A stretch of 64,000 nucleotides of DNA from an uncultured Actinomycetota bacterium (GTDB lineage: Bacteria; Actinomycetota; Humimicrobiia; Humimicrobiales; Humimicrobiaceae), in NCBI GenBank assembly GCA_964616545.1, contig CAZTUA010000053.1, positions 15,061-79,060 on the forward strand, written 5' to 3'. Below are positions 39,454 through 49,906 of this stretch, in pieces (the stretch's first letter is position 1; each line of letters opens with the position of its first letter). A program made the translations under genes and the position numbers. The notes under the pieces are model-generated. The model was given only the letters and a program-made list of their open reading frames with translations. It had not been told where the DNA came from and made no database searches.

Positions 39454-39897
39454 CTATAGTTTGCTATCCTGCTTTTTTGATTCCTGAGACATTATAAGGA
39501 AGGCAATTAAAATTATTACTATGTTTGCTGGTATTTGAAAAAGCCACATCATATATATATTTCCGAAAGAAGTTAAATACCCCTGAGTAATATAGTGGAG
39601 AGGGACAAATATCACCGGCAGCCAGGCAAAAGAAAATATAAGAATTAACAAAAATTCCAGCCATCCCTGAGGAAATAATTTTGTAATATTTTTATATTTT
39701 AAAATTACTATCCAGGATGTAAAAATTATAACGGAAAAAACTACTGCAATAGGAACCTGGATAGCAAGCTGGTTATACTGTATAAAGTAATGATAAACTC
39801 CAAAACCGAAGACAATTGAAGCTACATTTACTATTGCAAGAATAAAGCTGTGTAAAATTACTTTAAAAACTCTCATAAACTTCCGGGTTAATAGCAT
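39454..39897 (-). CDS. Hypothetical membrane protein
   Basis: 147 aa, four hydrophobic helices; no recognised domain. Confidence 0.3.
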   Translation of the reverse strand: MLLTRKFMRVFKVILHSFILAIVNVASIVFGFGVYHYFIQYNQLAIQVPIAVVFSVIIFTSWIVILKYKNITKLFPQGWLEFLLILIFSFAWLPVIFVPLHYITQGYLTSFGNIYMMWLFQIPANIVIILIAFLIMSQESKKQDSKL

Positions 39898-40161
39898 TTC
39901 AGCTGTATTTTAATAAGTAATTATATTCCATTTAAATCCAAATACCAATTAGTAATTGTATTCAGTTGCACGTACCGTATAATATGTATATGAATTGCTG
40001 CACAATCAAAAGCAAAGGGTTTCAGGTTTACATCAGGAATATAAAATCCAGATTTATAAATGTTTTCGTTTTATTTTTTTTGTGAATAATTTATAATTTG
40101 TTTTGTTTTACTAAAATTATAATCACTTTTTGCTATTGTAAATTCAAATTTACTATAATTT

Positions 40162-41799
40162 ATGTATTATAAATTAGTTATAGAAGTACTGGGTGGATTA
40201 GCACTTTTTATTTTTGGCATTAATAGACTCAGTAGCAGTCTTCAGAAAGTTACTTCCAACAAATTAAAATCAGTCATAAATACACTTACAAAAAGATCCT
40301 GGACAACAGTTCTTGTAGGTATGTTTACAACCATGCTTATACAGAGCAGCAGCGCCACCTCAGTAATGACTGTTGGTTTTGTAAATGCAGGGCTGATAAC
40401 CTTAAGACACGCAATTGGAATAATAATGGGCGCAAATATCGGTACTACAGTAACTGCTCAAATAGTATCCTTTAAAATAGATATACTTGCATTCCCACTG
40501 ATAATCATAGGGTTCCTTATTCACTTTTTAAGCAAGAGAAGAAGAATTAAAAATATTGGAATGACAATAATCGGGCTGGGAATTTTATTTCTTGGTATGA
40601 CCGTCATGAAATCAGCGCTTGAGCCTTTAAGGGATAACGAGGGTTTTAAAAGCTTCCTTTTGCTTTTCAGCAAAAATCCATTTCTTGGTATTTTAGCAGG
40701 GCTTTTTTTAACCACCCTGCTGCAAAGCAGTTCGGCTACAATCGGGCTTCTAATAGCCCTTGCAGCCCAGGGCCTTATTCCCATTGAAGCTGCAATACCA
40801 ATTCTTATAGGAGATAATATCGGTACCTGTTCTACTGCATTAATATCAAGCATAGGAACAACTGTTACGGCCAAAAGAACTGCCTTCTCTCATCTTATGT
40901 TTAATATCTTTGGTACAATAATCTTTGTCACTCTTTTATACGGCTTCAAACTGCAGCCTGCAATTGTAAGATTAACGGGTACAAGCGTACCTCACCAGAT
41001 TGCCAATATTCATACCTCCTTTAACATACTCACTACCATAATACTTTTCCCGATGATTGGTTTATTTGAGAAAGTTGTCTTAAAATTAATTCCCGGCAAA
41101 GATATTACGGTGCACAAGAATGCTTTACATCTGGACGGCAGATTAATCAGCACTCCCGCATTATCACTTGAACAGACAAACAAGGAATTATTAAGAATAA
41201 CCAAAATTGACAAGACAATGCTTAACCTTGCATTTGAGCGATTACAGAATAAGGAAGTTTTAATTGAAAAAAAATTACTTGATAGAGAAGCTGCCGTTGA
41301 CAGTATTACGGAGGATATAATAAGGTATCTTACCAAAATATCTCAAAAGTCCCTTGGCTTAAGGCTATCAAATAAACTTACAAACCTGCTTCATGTTGCC
41401 TATGATGCAGAAAGAGCCGGAGACCATGCAGAAAGCATACTCTATCTTATACTTGTAAAAGACGAAAATAATATTTCTTTCAGCAAAGCTGCCCTTGAAC
41501 AACTTGAGCTGGCACATAATAAGGTTGACCATCTTTACGACATACTTATATCAGGAATGGAAAACAACAACTTAAAAAAGCTCAAACAGTGTGAGAAAAT
41601 TGAATCCGAAATAGACCTCCTTGTTAAAGAAACCCGAACCGACCATTTGAAGAGGCTTCAGAACGGTGACTGCGTTCCGCTTTCTGGAGTAGTTTTTTCA
41701 GATATCATTATGCATCTTGAAAGAATAGGAGATCTGCTTTACGGTATATCAAGAAATCTCCTGAATATTAAAGAATACAAGATAGGCCAGAATAGATGA
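40162..41799 (+). CDS. Na+/phosphate cotransporter family protein (NptA/YjbB-like) with C-terminal PhoU-like repeats
   Basis: 545 aa; duplicated QSSSAT motifs of Na/Pi cotransporter II-like proteins; C-terminal PhoU-like helical domain. Confidence 0.8.
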   Translation: MYYKLVIEVLGGLALFIFGINRLSSSLQKVTSNKLKSVINTLTKRSWTTVLVGMFTTMLIQSSSATSVMTVGFVNAGLITLRHAIGIIMGANIGTTVTAQIVSFKIDILAFPLIIIGFLIHFLSKRRRIKNIGMTIIGLGILFLGMTVMKSALEPLRDNEGFKSFLLLFSKNPFLGILAGLFLTTLLQSSSATIGLLIALAAQGLIPIEAAIPILIGDNIGTCSTALISSIGTTVTAKRTAFSHLMFNIFGTIIFVTLLYGFKLQPAIVRLTGTSVPHQIANIHTSFNILTTIILFPMIGLFEKVVLKLIPGKDITVHKNALHLDGRLISTPALSLEQTNKELLRITKIDKTMLNLAFERLQNKEVLIEKKLLDREAAVDSITEDIIRYLTKISQKSLGLRLSNKLTNLLHVAYDAERAGDHAESILYLILVKDENNISFSKAALEQLELAHNKVDHLYDILISGMENNNLKKLKQCEKIESEIDLLVKETRTDHLKRLQNGDCVPLSGVVFSDIIMHLERIGDLLYGISRNLLNIKEYKIGQNR

Positions 41800-42467
41800 G
41801 AAAAGCATTCTACGATAAGATTGATGAAATTTCAAAAGATGTTTTATCGATGAGTACGCTTGTGCAGGAGGCGGTATCAAATGCAGTAAGAGCCCTGCTT
41901 GAGGCAGATACTGATACGGCACAAAAAGTAATAGACAATGACCAAAAAATAAATGATTATGAAATTTTAATTGAAGAAAAATGCGTAGTGCTTCAGGCAG
42001 AGCATCAGCCGGTTGCGGCAGACCTGAGATATCTGCATTCCATAAGCAATATAATAATACATCTTGAGAGAATCGGTGACCTTTCCGTTAATATTGCCCG
42101 AATTGCTAAAAATCTTTCCGGATTAACAATACAATACCTGGATGCAGAAATGAAAAAACTTCTGCTGGAAATGTTTAACCTTGTAAAGCCCGTGCTTGAT
42201 AAAGCTATTTCTGCTTTTAAAGAAAATGACCTCAAACTGGCTTCTGGAATTGATAAGATAGACAATGCCGTAGACGATATTCAAAAAACTATTATTAAGA
42301 AATTATACTGCTCCGTATTTAACAAAAAAGATAATATAAAAATTATTGCAGACCTGTCTCTTGTGGCAAGATATCTTGAAAGAATTGGAGATCACTCCGT
42401 AAGTATCGGGGAAAGAGTTCAATATTACCAGACTGGCGACTACAGCGTCTTTCACAGTGACGCTTAG
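41796..42467 (+). CDS. phoU: Phosphate signalling protein PhoU (paralog 1)
   Basis: 223 aa; two PhoU repeats with ERIGD motifs; 4-bp overlap with Na/Pi transporter gene. Confidence 0.85.
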   Translation: MRKAFYDKIDEISKDVLSMSTLVQEAVSNAVRALLEADTDTAQKVIDNDQKINDYEILIEEKCVVLQAEHQPVAADLRYLHSISNIIIHLERIGDLSVNIARIAKNLSGLTIQYLDAEMKKLLLEMFNLVKPVLDKAISAFKENDLKLASGIDKIDNAVDDIQKTIIKKLYCSVFNKKDNIKIIADLSLVARYLERIGDHSVSIGERVQYYQTGDYSVFHSDA

Positions 42468-42499
42468 AAATTTTTACAGAAACTTCTAAAATATTATAC

Positions 42500-43393
42500 T
42501 CAAAAACATTCACCATCCCTTAATCTGCAGAACTCACTTTCATATTCAACTTCTATTGTAGAATGTTCAAGCCCGAGGGGGTTTATAATTTCTCTTACTT
42601 TTCTTTTTATGCCGTTTATCTCTTCTGCGGCTGTACCATCTTTTATTACGATATGGGTGGACAGTACATTATTTAAGCTGTCCATAGACCAGACATGTGT
42701 GTGGTGTATACTTACAACATTTTCTATTTTTAGAATTTCTTCTTCAATTTTTTTTATACTTATCCCTTCCGGTACCGCCTGCAGAAAGACAGAAAAAGTC
42801 TTTTTTAAATTAATAATCACCCTGTATAAAATATAAATTGTAATCAATATTGATAATACCGGGTCCAGTATTGGAATGCTTTTGAAAATCATTATGATGC
42901 TTATAATAAGAATCGCCGCCCAGCCCAGAACGTCTTCAAAAAGATGCAGAGCTACGATTTTTTCATTTAATGATTTTCCCCGTCTGACTCTTAACGCAGC
43001 AACCCCATTTACTATAATACCGACTATCGCAAAAAGCACCATTCCTTTTGCATCCGGCTGCTCTGGATTGAACAGCCTGGGTACAGCTTTTGATAATATG
43101 TAAACTGAACCTGTAATTAATATCAAACTGTTTATCAGTGCTGCAAACAAAGAATATCTCCTGTAACCATAAGAATATTTCTCATCCTTTTTCTTCCCTG
43201 AATATTTTTCCAGAATCCACGATAATCCCAGGGAGAAACTGTCTCCCAGGTCATGCAGAGCATCGGATATAATAGCCATGCTGTTAGTCCAGAGTCCACC
43301 TACAATTTCAAAAATAACAAACCCGAGGTTTAAAAAGAATGCTAATTTTATATTTTTGATATTTTCCTGCTTATTACTATTAATATGCACCAT
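42500..43393 (-). CDS. Cation diffusion facilitator family transporter (CzcD-like)
   Basis: 297 aa; six TM helices with HDLGDS motif and C-terminal cytoplasmic domain. Confidence 0.85.
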   Translation of the reverse strand: MVHINSNKQENIKNIKLAFFLNLGFVIFEIVGGLWTNSMAIISDALHDLGDSFSLGLSWILEKYSGKKKDEKYSYGYRRYSLFAALINSLILITGSVYILSKAVPRLFNPEQPDAKGMVLFAIVGIIVNGVAALRVRRGKSLNEKIVALHLFEDVLGWAAILIISIIMIFKSIPILDPVLSILITIYILYRVIINLKKTFSVFLQAVPEGISIKKIEEEILKIENVVSIHHTHVWSMDSLNNVLSTHIVIKDGTAAEEINGIKRKVREIINPLGLEHSTIEVEYESEFCRLRDGECF

Positions 43394-43490
43394 TATATTC
43401 TTATTTATTTTTTAATTTTTTATATATAAATTCAAAATATGTCTATTCTTAATCCTGGAAGTATCCTATAAATGCATATATTTATACCTT

Positions 43491-43907
43491 TTAAAGGAGC
43501 CTTTTTTCTCCCTTAATTTCTTTAATATCCGTAATATCCTGGGTAACTTCCAGGCATCCTCTGTAATTATCCCTGTTGTCATAAATCGGGAAATACCTGA
43601 TATAAACAAAGCGGTTATCCAGGTTAATCCAGAATTCAGCCACTTCTCTTTTTTTTGCCCTGAAATCATCAAGTATTTTCTGTACTTTATCAATGCTTTT
43701 TTTGGGATGGCAATTCTGAACTTTTAAACCAATTACAGAAGTTGACCTTTTAAATATCCTGCTTTCCGGTTTATTAAAATACCTTACTTCGTCATTCTCT
43801 CCAACAAATGTTATATCAACCGGTATTGTTTCCAGTATAAGTCCAGCCTCTTCAGCGTTTATCTTCCCTGTTTTAAATTCCAGAATCTTTTCGCTGCCCT
43901 TATTCAT
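43491..43907 (-). CDS. DUF438 domain protein
   Basis: 138 aa; blocks PVDITFVGENDEVRYF, VIGLKVQNCHP, VAEFWI, RYFPIYDNRDNYRGCLEVTQDITDIKEIKGEKRLL match the DUF438 family. Confidence 0.5.
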   Translation of the reverse strand: MNKGSEKILEFKTGKINAEEAGLILETIPVDITFVGENDEVRYFNKPESRIFKRSTSVIGLKVQNCHPKKSIDKVQKILDDFRAKKREVAEFWINLDNRFVYIRYFPIYDNRDNYRGCLEVTQDITDIKEIKGEKRLL

Positions 43908-44331
43908 AATATACCTCCTGTAATTTATAAGTTTTTTAAAAAATTCCTCCCTGAATTATTCTTCCTTAAAATCCTTCGCTTTCGATTGGCGGATTTTATT
44001 TTAAGCACATAACTTAAATATATAATCCTTTTTTAAAAAAATAAACAAAATTTATAATCATTTATCATCGCTATTTTATAAATTAATATATATTTTAATT
44101 AATTATAATACTAATATATACATTACTATATATATCTTTTTATTACATCTTGTATCAATATATTTAATAATTAATTTAAATTAAAAATTTTATAAATTTC
44201 TATTGACATTTGTTTTTATATAGTGTATTTTAAACCCGTTAAATTCTTTTAGTTGTGAATGTAAAAAAATTAGATGCTATGAAGTTTTCCTTAAATTTGG
44301 ACGCTTGAGGGAAATGGAGCAAATAGCGTAA

Positions 44332-44357
44332 CCGGCTAATTTAGCCGGTTTTTTTTA
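44332..44357 (+). terminator. Rho-independent terminator closing a short leader/sRNA upstream of the GGDEF-HD-GYP gene
   Basis: CCGGCTAA-T-TTAGCCGG stem (GC-rich core) followed by TTTTTTTT; no plus-strand CDS upstream of it. Confidence 0.6.
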
Positions 44358-44448
44358 TTTCATATAAGAATAAATGACCGGCAAATTGATAAGATAATCT
44401 TAAAATATAATAGAGATATAATTATCATTTTATAGCAGGTTATTTAAA

Positions 44449-46527
44449 ATGTTCTGGCAAAATATAAACTTTTTTATTCCTCTTATTTCTGTAGTTGCTC
44501 TGGCTGTCCTTGGCACCTTTTATATATGGATATACAGAAAAGGAGTCCAGGATATTGCAGGTATCGGGATAATGGTTCTTTCTATTATCTGGATAATGGC
44601 ATATATACTCCAGCAGAGTATAGCACCAGATCATTTAAAAGTGCTTTTTGATAAGATTCAATACACCGGTGTCTTTCTTTTACCGGTTGGACTATTCCTT
44701 ATTGCAGCCGGCTACAGCAATTGCAAAAAAATCTTTAAACCAAAATATATCCTTCTTATCAGTGCATTTCCTGTTATTGCCATCTTTCTTGCCTTTACGA
44801 ATGAAATCCACAGGCTTGTCTGGGCTAATGCAAGTCTTGTTTTATTCGATTCTTTTAGTCTTGTAGTTAAAGAATATAATACCCTGTATTTTATTTCGGT
44901 TCTGTATTCAAGTATCCTGACACTTGCCGGTATAACAATAATAATTACAGACATCGTAAAATCATACAGGAAACCTGACGGACAGAGCCGCTGGAAAAAA
45001 TTTCTTCTTATTCCATATGTATCCATCTCCTGGCTAATAATACTGGCAAAATATCTTGGCTTTAATCCCTTCCCCTACGTAGAGGAGACACCCATAGTAA
45101 CTGTAATTTTCACTCTTGCAATCATTGCAGTACTAAATAAAACACGGATAAGAGAGATAATGCCTGTTGCCTTTGAAACTATTTTTGAAAATATGGATGA
45201 CGGTCTTATACTTGTTGACGGAAAAGAAAATGTTTTAAAACTGAACCCGGCCTCCCTGAAAATATTTAAAACTCAATTCAATGAGATAGCCGGTAAACCA
45301 GTCAACCATCTATTAACAGACCAGGGTGAAAATACAGATATTTTCCTGGGGAATAAAGATTTAAAAATAGGAAATAATGGAAGTCAGTGCTTTTACAATA
45401 CAAAGCAGACAGAGATGAAAAGTGATAAAGGAAAACCCCTCGGCAAAGTAATAGTATTAAGAGATATAACAGAAATAAGAAAAGCAGAAGAGGATATAAA
45501 ATACCTCAGTTTTTACGATAAATTAACCGGTGTTTACAACCGGGCATTCTTTGATATTGAACTAAAAAGACTTAATGCCAGCCGCCAGATGCCGTTAAGT
45601 CTGGTAATAGGAGACGTAAACGGATTAAAATTAACTAATGATGCTTTCGGGCATGCATATGGAGATGAGCTTCTTAAAAAAATTGCGGATATACTTAAAT
45701 CATGTTTCAGAAAAGAAGATATCATAGCCAGGTGGGGTGGAGATGAATTTAGTATTTTAATGCCCAATACATCTTATTCGGCTACCATGCAGATTGTGAA
45801 CCGGGTTCATAAAAAATGCAAAGAATTAAGCACGGATACTATGGTGATAAGTATATCAACAGGGATTGCAACCAAAGAAAGAACCCGCGGGAGCACGGAT
45901 GTATTATTAAAAGAAGCAGAAGACAGAATGTACAAACACAAGCTTATGGAGAATCAGAGTATCCGCAGCTCTATAATAGCTTCACTTGGAAAAGCTCTTG
46001 AAGAAAAAGATTATGAAACAGAAGAGCATACCAGAAGAATGAAAAAATATAGTTTACTCTTTGGCCAGTTGCTTAAACTCCAGGATTCCAGGCTGGATGA
46101 ATTGAGCCTTCTGTCTAAGTTACATGATATTGGAAAAATAGGCATACCCGATAATATTATTTTAAAACCAGGAAAACTTAATAAAAATGAGTGGAAAATT
46201 ATGAGCAAGCATTCAGAAATCGGTTACAGAATAGCACTGTCCACTCCAGATCTCGCTCACATAGCAAAGTCTATTCTTCATCATCACGAAAGGTGGGATG
46301 GAAGTGGTTATCCTTACGGCCTGTCTGAATTTGAAATCCCGATAGCTTCAAGAATAATATCTATTATTGACGCATACGATGCCATGGTAAATGACAGACC
46401 CTATAGAAAAGCTATGACAAGAGAAGCCGCCATAGAAGAATTAAATAAATGCAGGGGCACACAATTTGATCCTGCTCTTGTAGATGTTTTTATGAATAAA
46501 TTACTCTTAAAAGAATGCGTAAGCTGA
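44449..46527 (+). CDS. Membrane sensor with 7TM N-terminal domain, PAS-like region, GGDEF diguanylate cyclase and HD-GYP phosphodiesterase domains
   Basis: 692 aa; GGDEF motif in context RWGGDEFSIL with upstream YDKLTGVYNR; HD-GYP motifs HD(IGK) and HHERWDGSGYP. Confidence 0.85.
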   Translation: MFWQNINFFIPLISVVALAVLGTFYIWIYRKGVQDIAGIGIMVLSIIWIMAYILQQSIAPDHLKVLFDKIQYTGVFLLPVGLFLIAAGYSNCKKIFKPKYILLISAFPVIAIFLAFTNEIHRLVWANASLVLFDSFSLVVKEYNTLYFISVLYSSILTLAGITIIITDIVKSYRKPDGQSRWKKFLLIPYVSISWLIILAKYLGFNPFPYVEETPIVTVIFTLAIIAVLNKTRIREIMPVAFETIFENMDDGLILVDGKENVLKLNPASLKIFKTQFNEIAGKPVNHLLTDQGENTDIFLGNKDLKIGNNGSQCFYNTKQTEMKSDKGKPLGKVIVLRDITEIRKAEEDIKYLSFYDKLTGVYNRAFFDIELKRLNASRQMPLSLVIGDVNGLKLTNDAFGHAYGDELLKKIADILKSCFRKEDIIARWGGDEFSILMPNTSYSATMQIVNRVHKKCKELSTDTMVISISTGIATKERTRGSTDVLLKEAEDRMYKHKLMENQSIRSSIIASLGKALEEKDYETEEHTRRMKKYSLLFGQLLKLQDSRLDELSLLSKLHDIGKIGIPDNIILKPGKLNKNEWKIMSKHSEIGYRIALSTPDLAHIAKSILHHHERWDGSGYPYGLSEFEIPIASRIISIIDAYDAMVNDRPYRKAMTREAAIEELNKCRGTQFDPALVDVFMNKLLLKECVS

Positions 46528-46587
46528 TTGATTTTATATTATATATTCTGAGTCGATATTTTTTAGTTAGAAGAAGGTTAAATCATT

Positions 46588-48753
46588 ATGGGGAGAATTA
46601 AATCTAATAAGCTGTTTAAATGCTCTTTAACACTGTTTATATATGCAGTAATATTTTTCTTTCTTGTATTTAACTTACCTGAATATATTTATACTGATGA
46701 TATTGGGCCTGAAAATAATATTGAATCGGGAGAAAATAATGAGTCCGGTGAAGATGAAGAACCGGGTGATGATGATCCCGGAGATGACGGGGAGCCGGGA
46801 GAAGAGCCAGGGTCCGATGATGATGAAGAACCGGGAGAAAACTTAAAGCCCCATCCAATAGATGAAGAACCGGGTGATGATGATTCCGGAGATGACGGGG
46901 AGCCGGGAGAAGAGCCAGCGTCCGATGATAATGAAGAACCGGGAGAAAACTTAAAGCCCCATCCAATTATGGTACTCAATTTTACAGATACAGCCTCAGT
47001 TAATTTTGATGGTTCAAAATCCTTTGATACAGATGGAACAATCATATCATACAGCTGGGACTTTGGTGACGGAAATACCGGAAGCGGAGTGACTGCCGCC
47101 CATACATACAGCGAAGACGGGATTTATCTTACAACACTTACTGTAACAGATAACGGAGGGCTGCAGAATACAATAAGTAGAAATGTAAATATAAGGTCCG
47201 GTGAAGATGAAGAACCGGGTGATGATGATTCCGGAGATGACGAGGAGCCGGGAGAAGAGCCAGGGTCCGATGATGATGAAGAACCGCGAGAAAACTTAAA
47301 GCCCCATCCAATTATGCAATGCAGTTTCCCTGATATTGATACAGTATATCTTGATGGTTCGGATTCTTTTGATACAGACGGAACCATTATCTATTATCAC
47401 TGGGATTTCGGGGATGGCAATACAGAAAGCGGAGTGACTGCCGCCCATACATATAGTGAATCCGGGATTTACCGTGTAACACTTACTATAACAGATAACG
47501 GGGGTCTGCAGAATTCATGTGAAAAAAATGTAAATATTAGTTCCAAAAAACCCAATCCAATTATGCAATATACTTTTTCAGAAAACGATGGAGCCACCGT
47601 AAATTTTGATGGTTCGGATTCTTTTGATATTGACGGTACAATAGTATCCTACAGCTGGGACTTTGGCGACGGGAACACTGGAAGGGGTTCAACTATTAAC
47701 CATACATACGATACTCAAGGACTTTACCGTGTAACACTTACTGTAACAGATAATGATGAGCTGGAGAACTTATGTGAAAAAAATTTAAATATAAAGTCCG
47801 GTGATGATGAAGAGCCCGGTAAAGAGCCGGGACCCGGTGAAAGCAAAAAGTCTGAAAATGATAATAGCCCCGGGCAAAGCAAAAAACCTGAAGAAAGTAA
47901 GAAGCCTGAAGACAATGAGGGCGCCGGCAAAAAAGATATGGTTCCTGCAGAGAATGCCGTTGCCGCTACTGGAAGTATAAAACCCGGTGAAAATACCGGT
48001 AACGCTATTGGAGATACAAAATCCGGTGAAAATACAGTTGCAGCCATAGTATTTCCAGAACTTAAAGAAAATAAAAAGCCCCATGCAAAGATTGAATATA
48101 GTTTCTCAAAAACTAATGCAAACAAGGTATATGTTAATGGCTCGGATTCCTTTGATACAGACGGGACAATTATTTATTACCACTGGGATTTCGGGGATGG
48201 AAATACAGAAACCAGGGCATCTTCTACCCATACCTATGGTAAGCCAGGTCAATACAGCATAACCCTTACAGTAACAGATAATGAAGGCCTCATGAATTGC
48301 ACCAGCCGTACCGTTAATATAAAATCAAATAAAATAAATAATACAGATAATAATTATAACGAAAGCATTCCGCATAATAACAGAGAAGAACATATAAAAA
48401 ATATGGGTGTAAATTTGAATGAATTTAAAGATATAAAAATCAGTCCGCCGGAAGAACCAGATGATCTTACACTTAAAGCTAACAATATATTGAAAAAACT
48501 ATTGAATGTTAAACAGGATAAAAATGTAGATATACCTGGCATAAATATAAATAGCATAGGAGAGCTATTAGATATCCAGAAAATAACCGAAAATCATAAT
48601 CTTAAAGAAGTAATAGACCTTGATGAGCTCATCGATATTAACTACGAAAGAGATACAGGCAAATACAGAGATAACATTCCGGATAAAAAGTTAAAATTAC
48701 CGGAGTTTTTATTAAATTTCTGGAATAAATTCAAAGAGCTTGTGACACTATAG
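46588..48753 (+). CDS. Secreted/surface protein with four PKD domains separated by acidic low-complexity linkers
   Basis: 721 aa; N-terminal signal/anchor; four repeats of the PKD hallmark WDFGDGNT...H.Y...G.Y.VTLTVTDN; EEPGDDD acidic linkers. Confidence 0.75.
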   Translation: MGRIKSNKLFKCSLTLFIYAVIFFFLVFNLPEYIYTDDIGPENNIESGENNESGEDEEPGDDDPGDDGEPGEEPGSDDDEEPGENLKPHPIDEEPGDDDSGDDGEPGEEPASDDNEEPGENLKPHPIMVLNFTDTASVNFDGSKSFDTDGTIISYSWDFGDGNTGSGVTAAHTYSEDGIYLTTLTVTDNGGLQNTISRNVNIRSGEDEEPGDDDSGDDEEPGEEPGSDDDEEPRENLKPHPIMQCSFPDIDTVYLDGSDSFDTDGTIIYYHWDFGDGNTESGVTAAHTYSESGIYRVTLTITDNGGLQNSCEKNVNISSKKPNPIMQYTFSENDGATVNFDGSDSFDIDGTIVSYSWDFGDGNTGRGSTINHTYDTQGLYRVTLTVTDNDELENLCEKNLNIKSGDDEEPGKEPGPGESKKSENDNSPGQSKKPEESKKPEDNEGAGKKDMVPAENAVAATGSIKPGENTGNAIGDTKSGENTVAAIVFPELKENKKPHAKIEYSFSKTNANKVYVNGSDSFDTDGTIIYYHWDFGDGNTETRASSTHTYGKPGQYSITLTVTDNEGLMNCTSRTVNIKSNKINNTDNNYNESIPHNNREEHIKNMGVNLNEFKDIKISPPEEPDDLTLKANNILKKLLNVKQDKNVDIPGININSIGELLDIQKITENHNLKEVIDLDELIDINYERDTGKYRDNIPDKKLKLPEFLLNFWNKFKELVTL
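46747..47312 (+). repeat. Three near-identical ~110-bp direct repeats (46747-46860, 46861-46968, 47200-47312) encoding the acidic EEPGDDDSGDDGEPGEEPGSDDDEEPGENLKPHPI linker
   Basis: Seen directly; copies differ by only a few nucleotides; two are tandem, the third is ~230 bp downstream. Confidence 0.8.
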
Positions 48754-48808
48754 CTATAAATTCAAAATTTTTTCAATCAATTCCATCACACTGGTTAATC
48801 ATGAAGAA

Positions 48809-49762
48809 TCAACTTTTTTCCCTGTTCTTCATGAAACTGTTTCTATAAAGATAATCATTTGCACTCATATCTACCCTGACATCCCTAACCAGGTTTCTAA
48901 AATCTTCTGAAAGTTTTACCATCTCATTCTTTGCAGAATCTGCATGTCCTGATAACGCTACTCTCCCGAATTCAGAATCAATTAAATTTTTTAATTTTCT
49001 TTTTAAAAAAAATGCAGGTATAAATTTCATTATTTTAAATTTTTCTGGCAGTATCTTTACTCCTATCTCTTCCAATGCTTTTAGATTTTCCCTGAAAGCC
49101 TTAATTCCTTTTGTTATTAATCTATCCTCATCTGTGATTTTTTTATTTCTATTTTTCGCTGCGTAACTCGCCATTACCAGCGCACATATAAACGCAGCAT
49201 GGGTTTTTAACCAGGCATCAATATTTTCTGGAATATCAACTTTAATCTGTGAATCCTGAAAAACACTTTTAATCATCTCTACACGACTGCTAATTGACCC
49301 ATCAGGTTCACCAAAATATAAAATAGTGTGGTCTTTTACGTAAGCAGCAATAACAGAGTGCCCTTCACGGTATCCACCGGGACCTCCAAAACCCAGCATG
49401 ACTCTATCTCTATCAAGAAACTTCAGATATTCTTCGGCTCCATTCACATTGTTGCCCATAAAAATAAAGAAAGGAATTTTTCTATTTCTCTTTAAAACCG
49501 GCAGTATCTCGCTTACCTGCTGCCGCTGCATTATTATTAAAGCAACATCATAATAATCATCCGGTTTTAATTCATCTGTAGTTTTAATATCAGTTTCAAA
49601 CCGCTCATTAAGTATTACATCCTTAATGATAACTCCGTACTTTTTTAACTGTTCAAGCCTCCTGCCTCTCGCCAGAACTGTAACATCATTCCCACCATTT
49701 TTAAGCTTATATGCAAAAATGCTGCCAATTACCCCGGCTCCATAAATTAAAATTTTTATAAT
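48809..49762 (-). CDS. panE: 2-dehydropantoate 2-reductase (ketopantoate reductase, ApbA/PanE family); likely non-canonical ATT/ATA start
   Basis: ORF track only detects the C-terminal 240 aa (first ATG); the same frame is open to 49798 and encodes the Rossmann N-terminus (I)IKILIYGAGVIGSIFAYKL with no ATG/GTG/TTG; GAGGAG + 5 nt + ATT (49760-49762) or + 8 nt + ATA. Confidence 0.7.
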   Translation of the reverse strand: MIKILIYGAGVIGSIFAYKLKNGGNDVTVLARGRRLEQLKKYGVIIKDVILNERFETDIKTTDELKPDDYYDVALIIMQRQQVSEILPVLKRNRKIPFFIFMGNNVNGAEEYLKFLDRDRVMLGFGGPGGYREGHSVIAAYVKDHTILYFGEPDGSISSRVEMIKSVFQDSQIKVDIPENIDAWLKTHAAFICALVMASYAAKNRNKKITDEDRLITKGIKAFRENLKALEEIGVKILPEKFKIMKFIPAFFLKRKLKNLIDSEFGRVALSGHADSAKNEMVKLSEDFRNLVRDVRVDMSANDYLYRNSFMKNREKS

Positions 49763-49906
49763 TTTAACTCCTCTATAATTAATATATGTTAGGTCTGCCT
49801 AACATTATATTATAAATATAAAATTTTTCAACTACATATATGGTTTTTTAAAATTAATTATTAAGGTCTGGATTGCCGAGCGTCTTGAAAAAGTTTCATA
49901 AAGCAC

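Noticed and set aside
44222-44331. c-di-GMP-I (GEMM) riboswitch assignment for the leader
   Set aside because: Only a partial GGACGC match to the consensus and no convincing P1/P2 architecture by eye. Retained only as a generic terminated-leader candidate pending cmscan.
46670-47045. His/Pro-rich and Ser/Pro-rich minus-strand ORFs overlapping the PKD protein gene
   Set aside because: Produced by the repetitive GAA/GAT-rich acidic-linker repeats read in antisense. The sense-strand PKD gene is clearly real.
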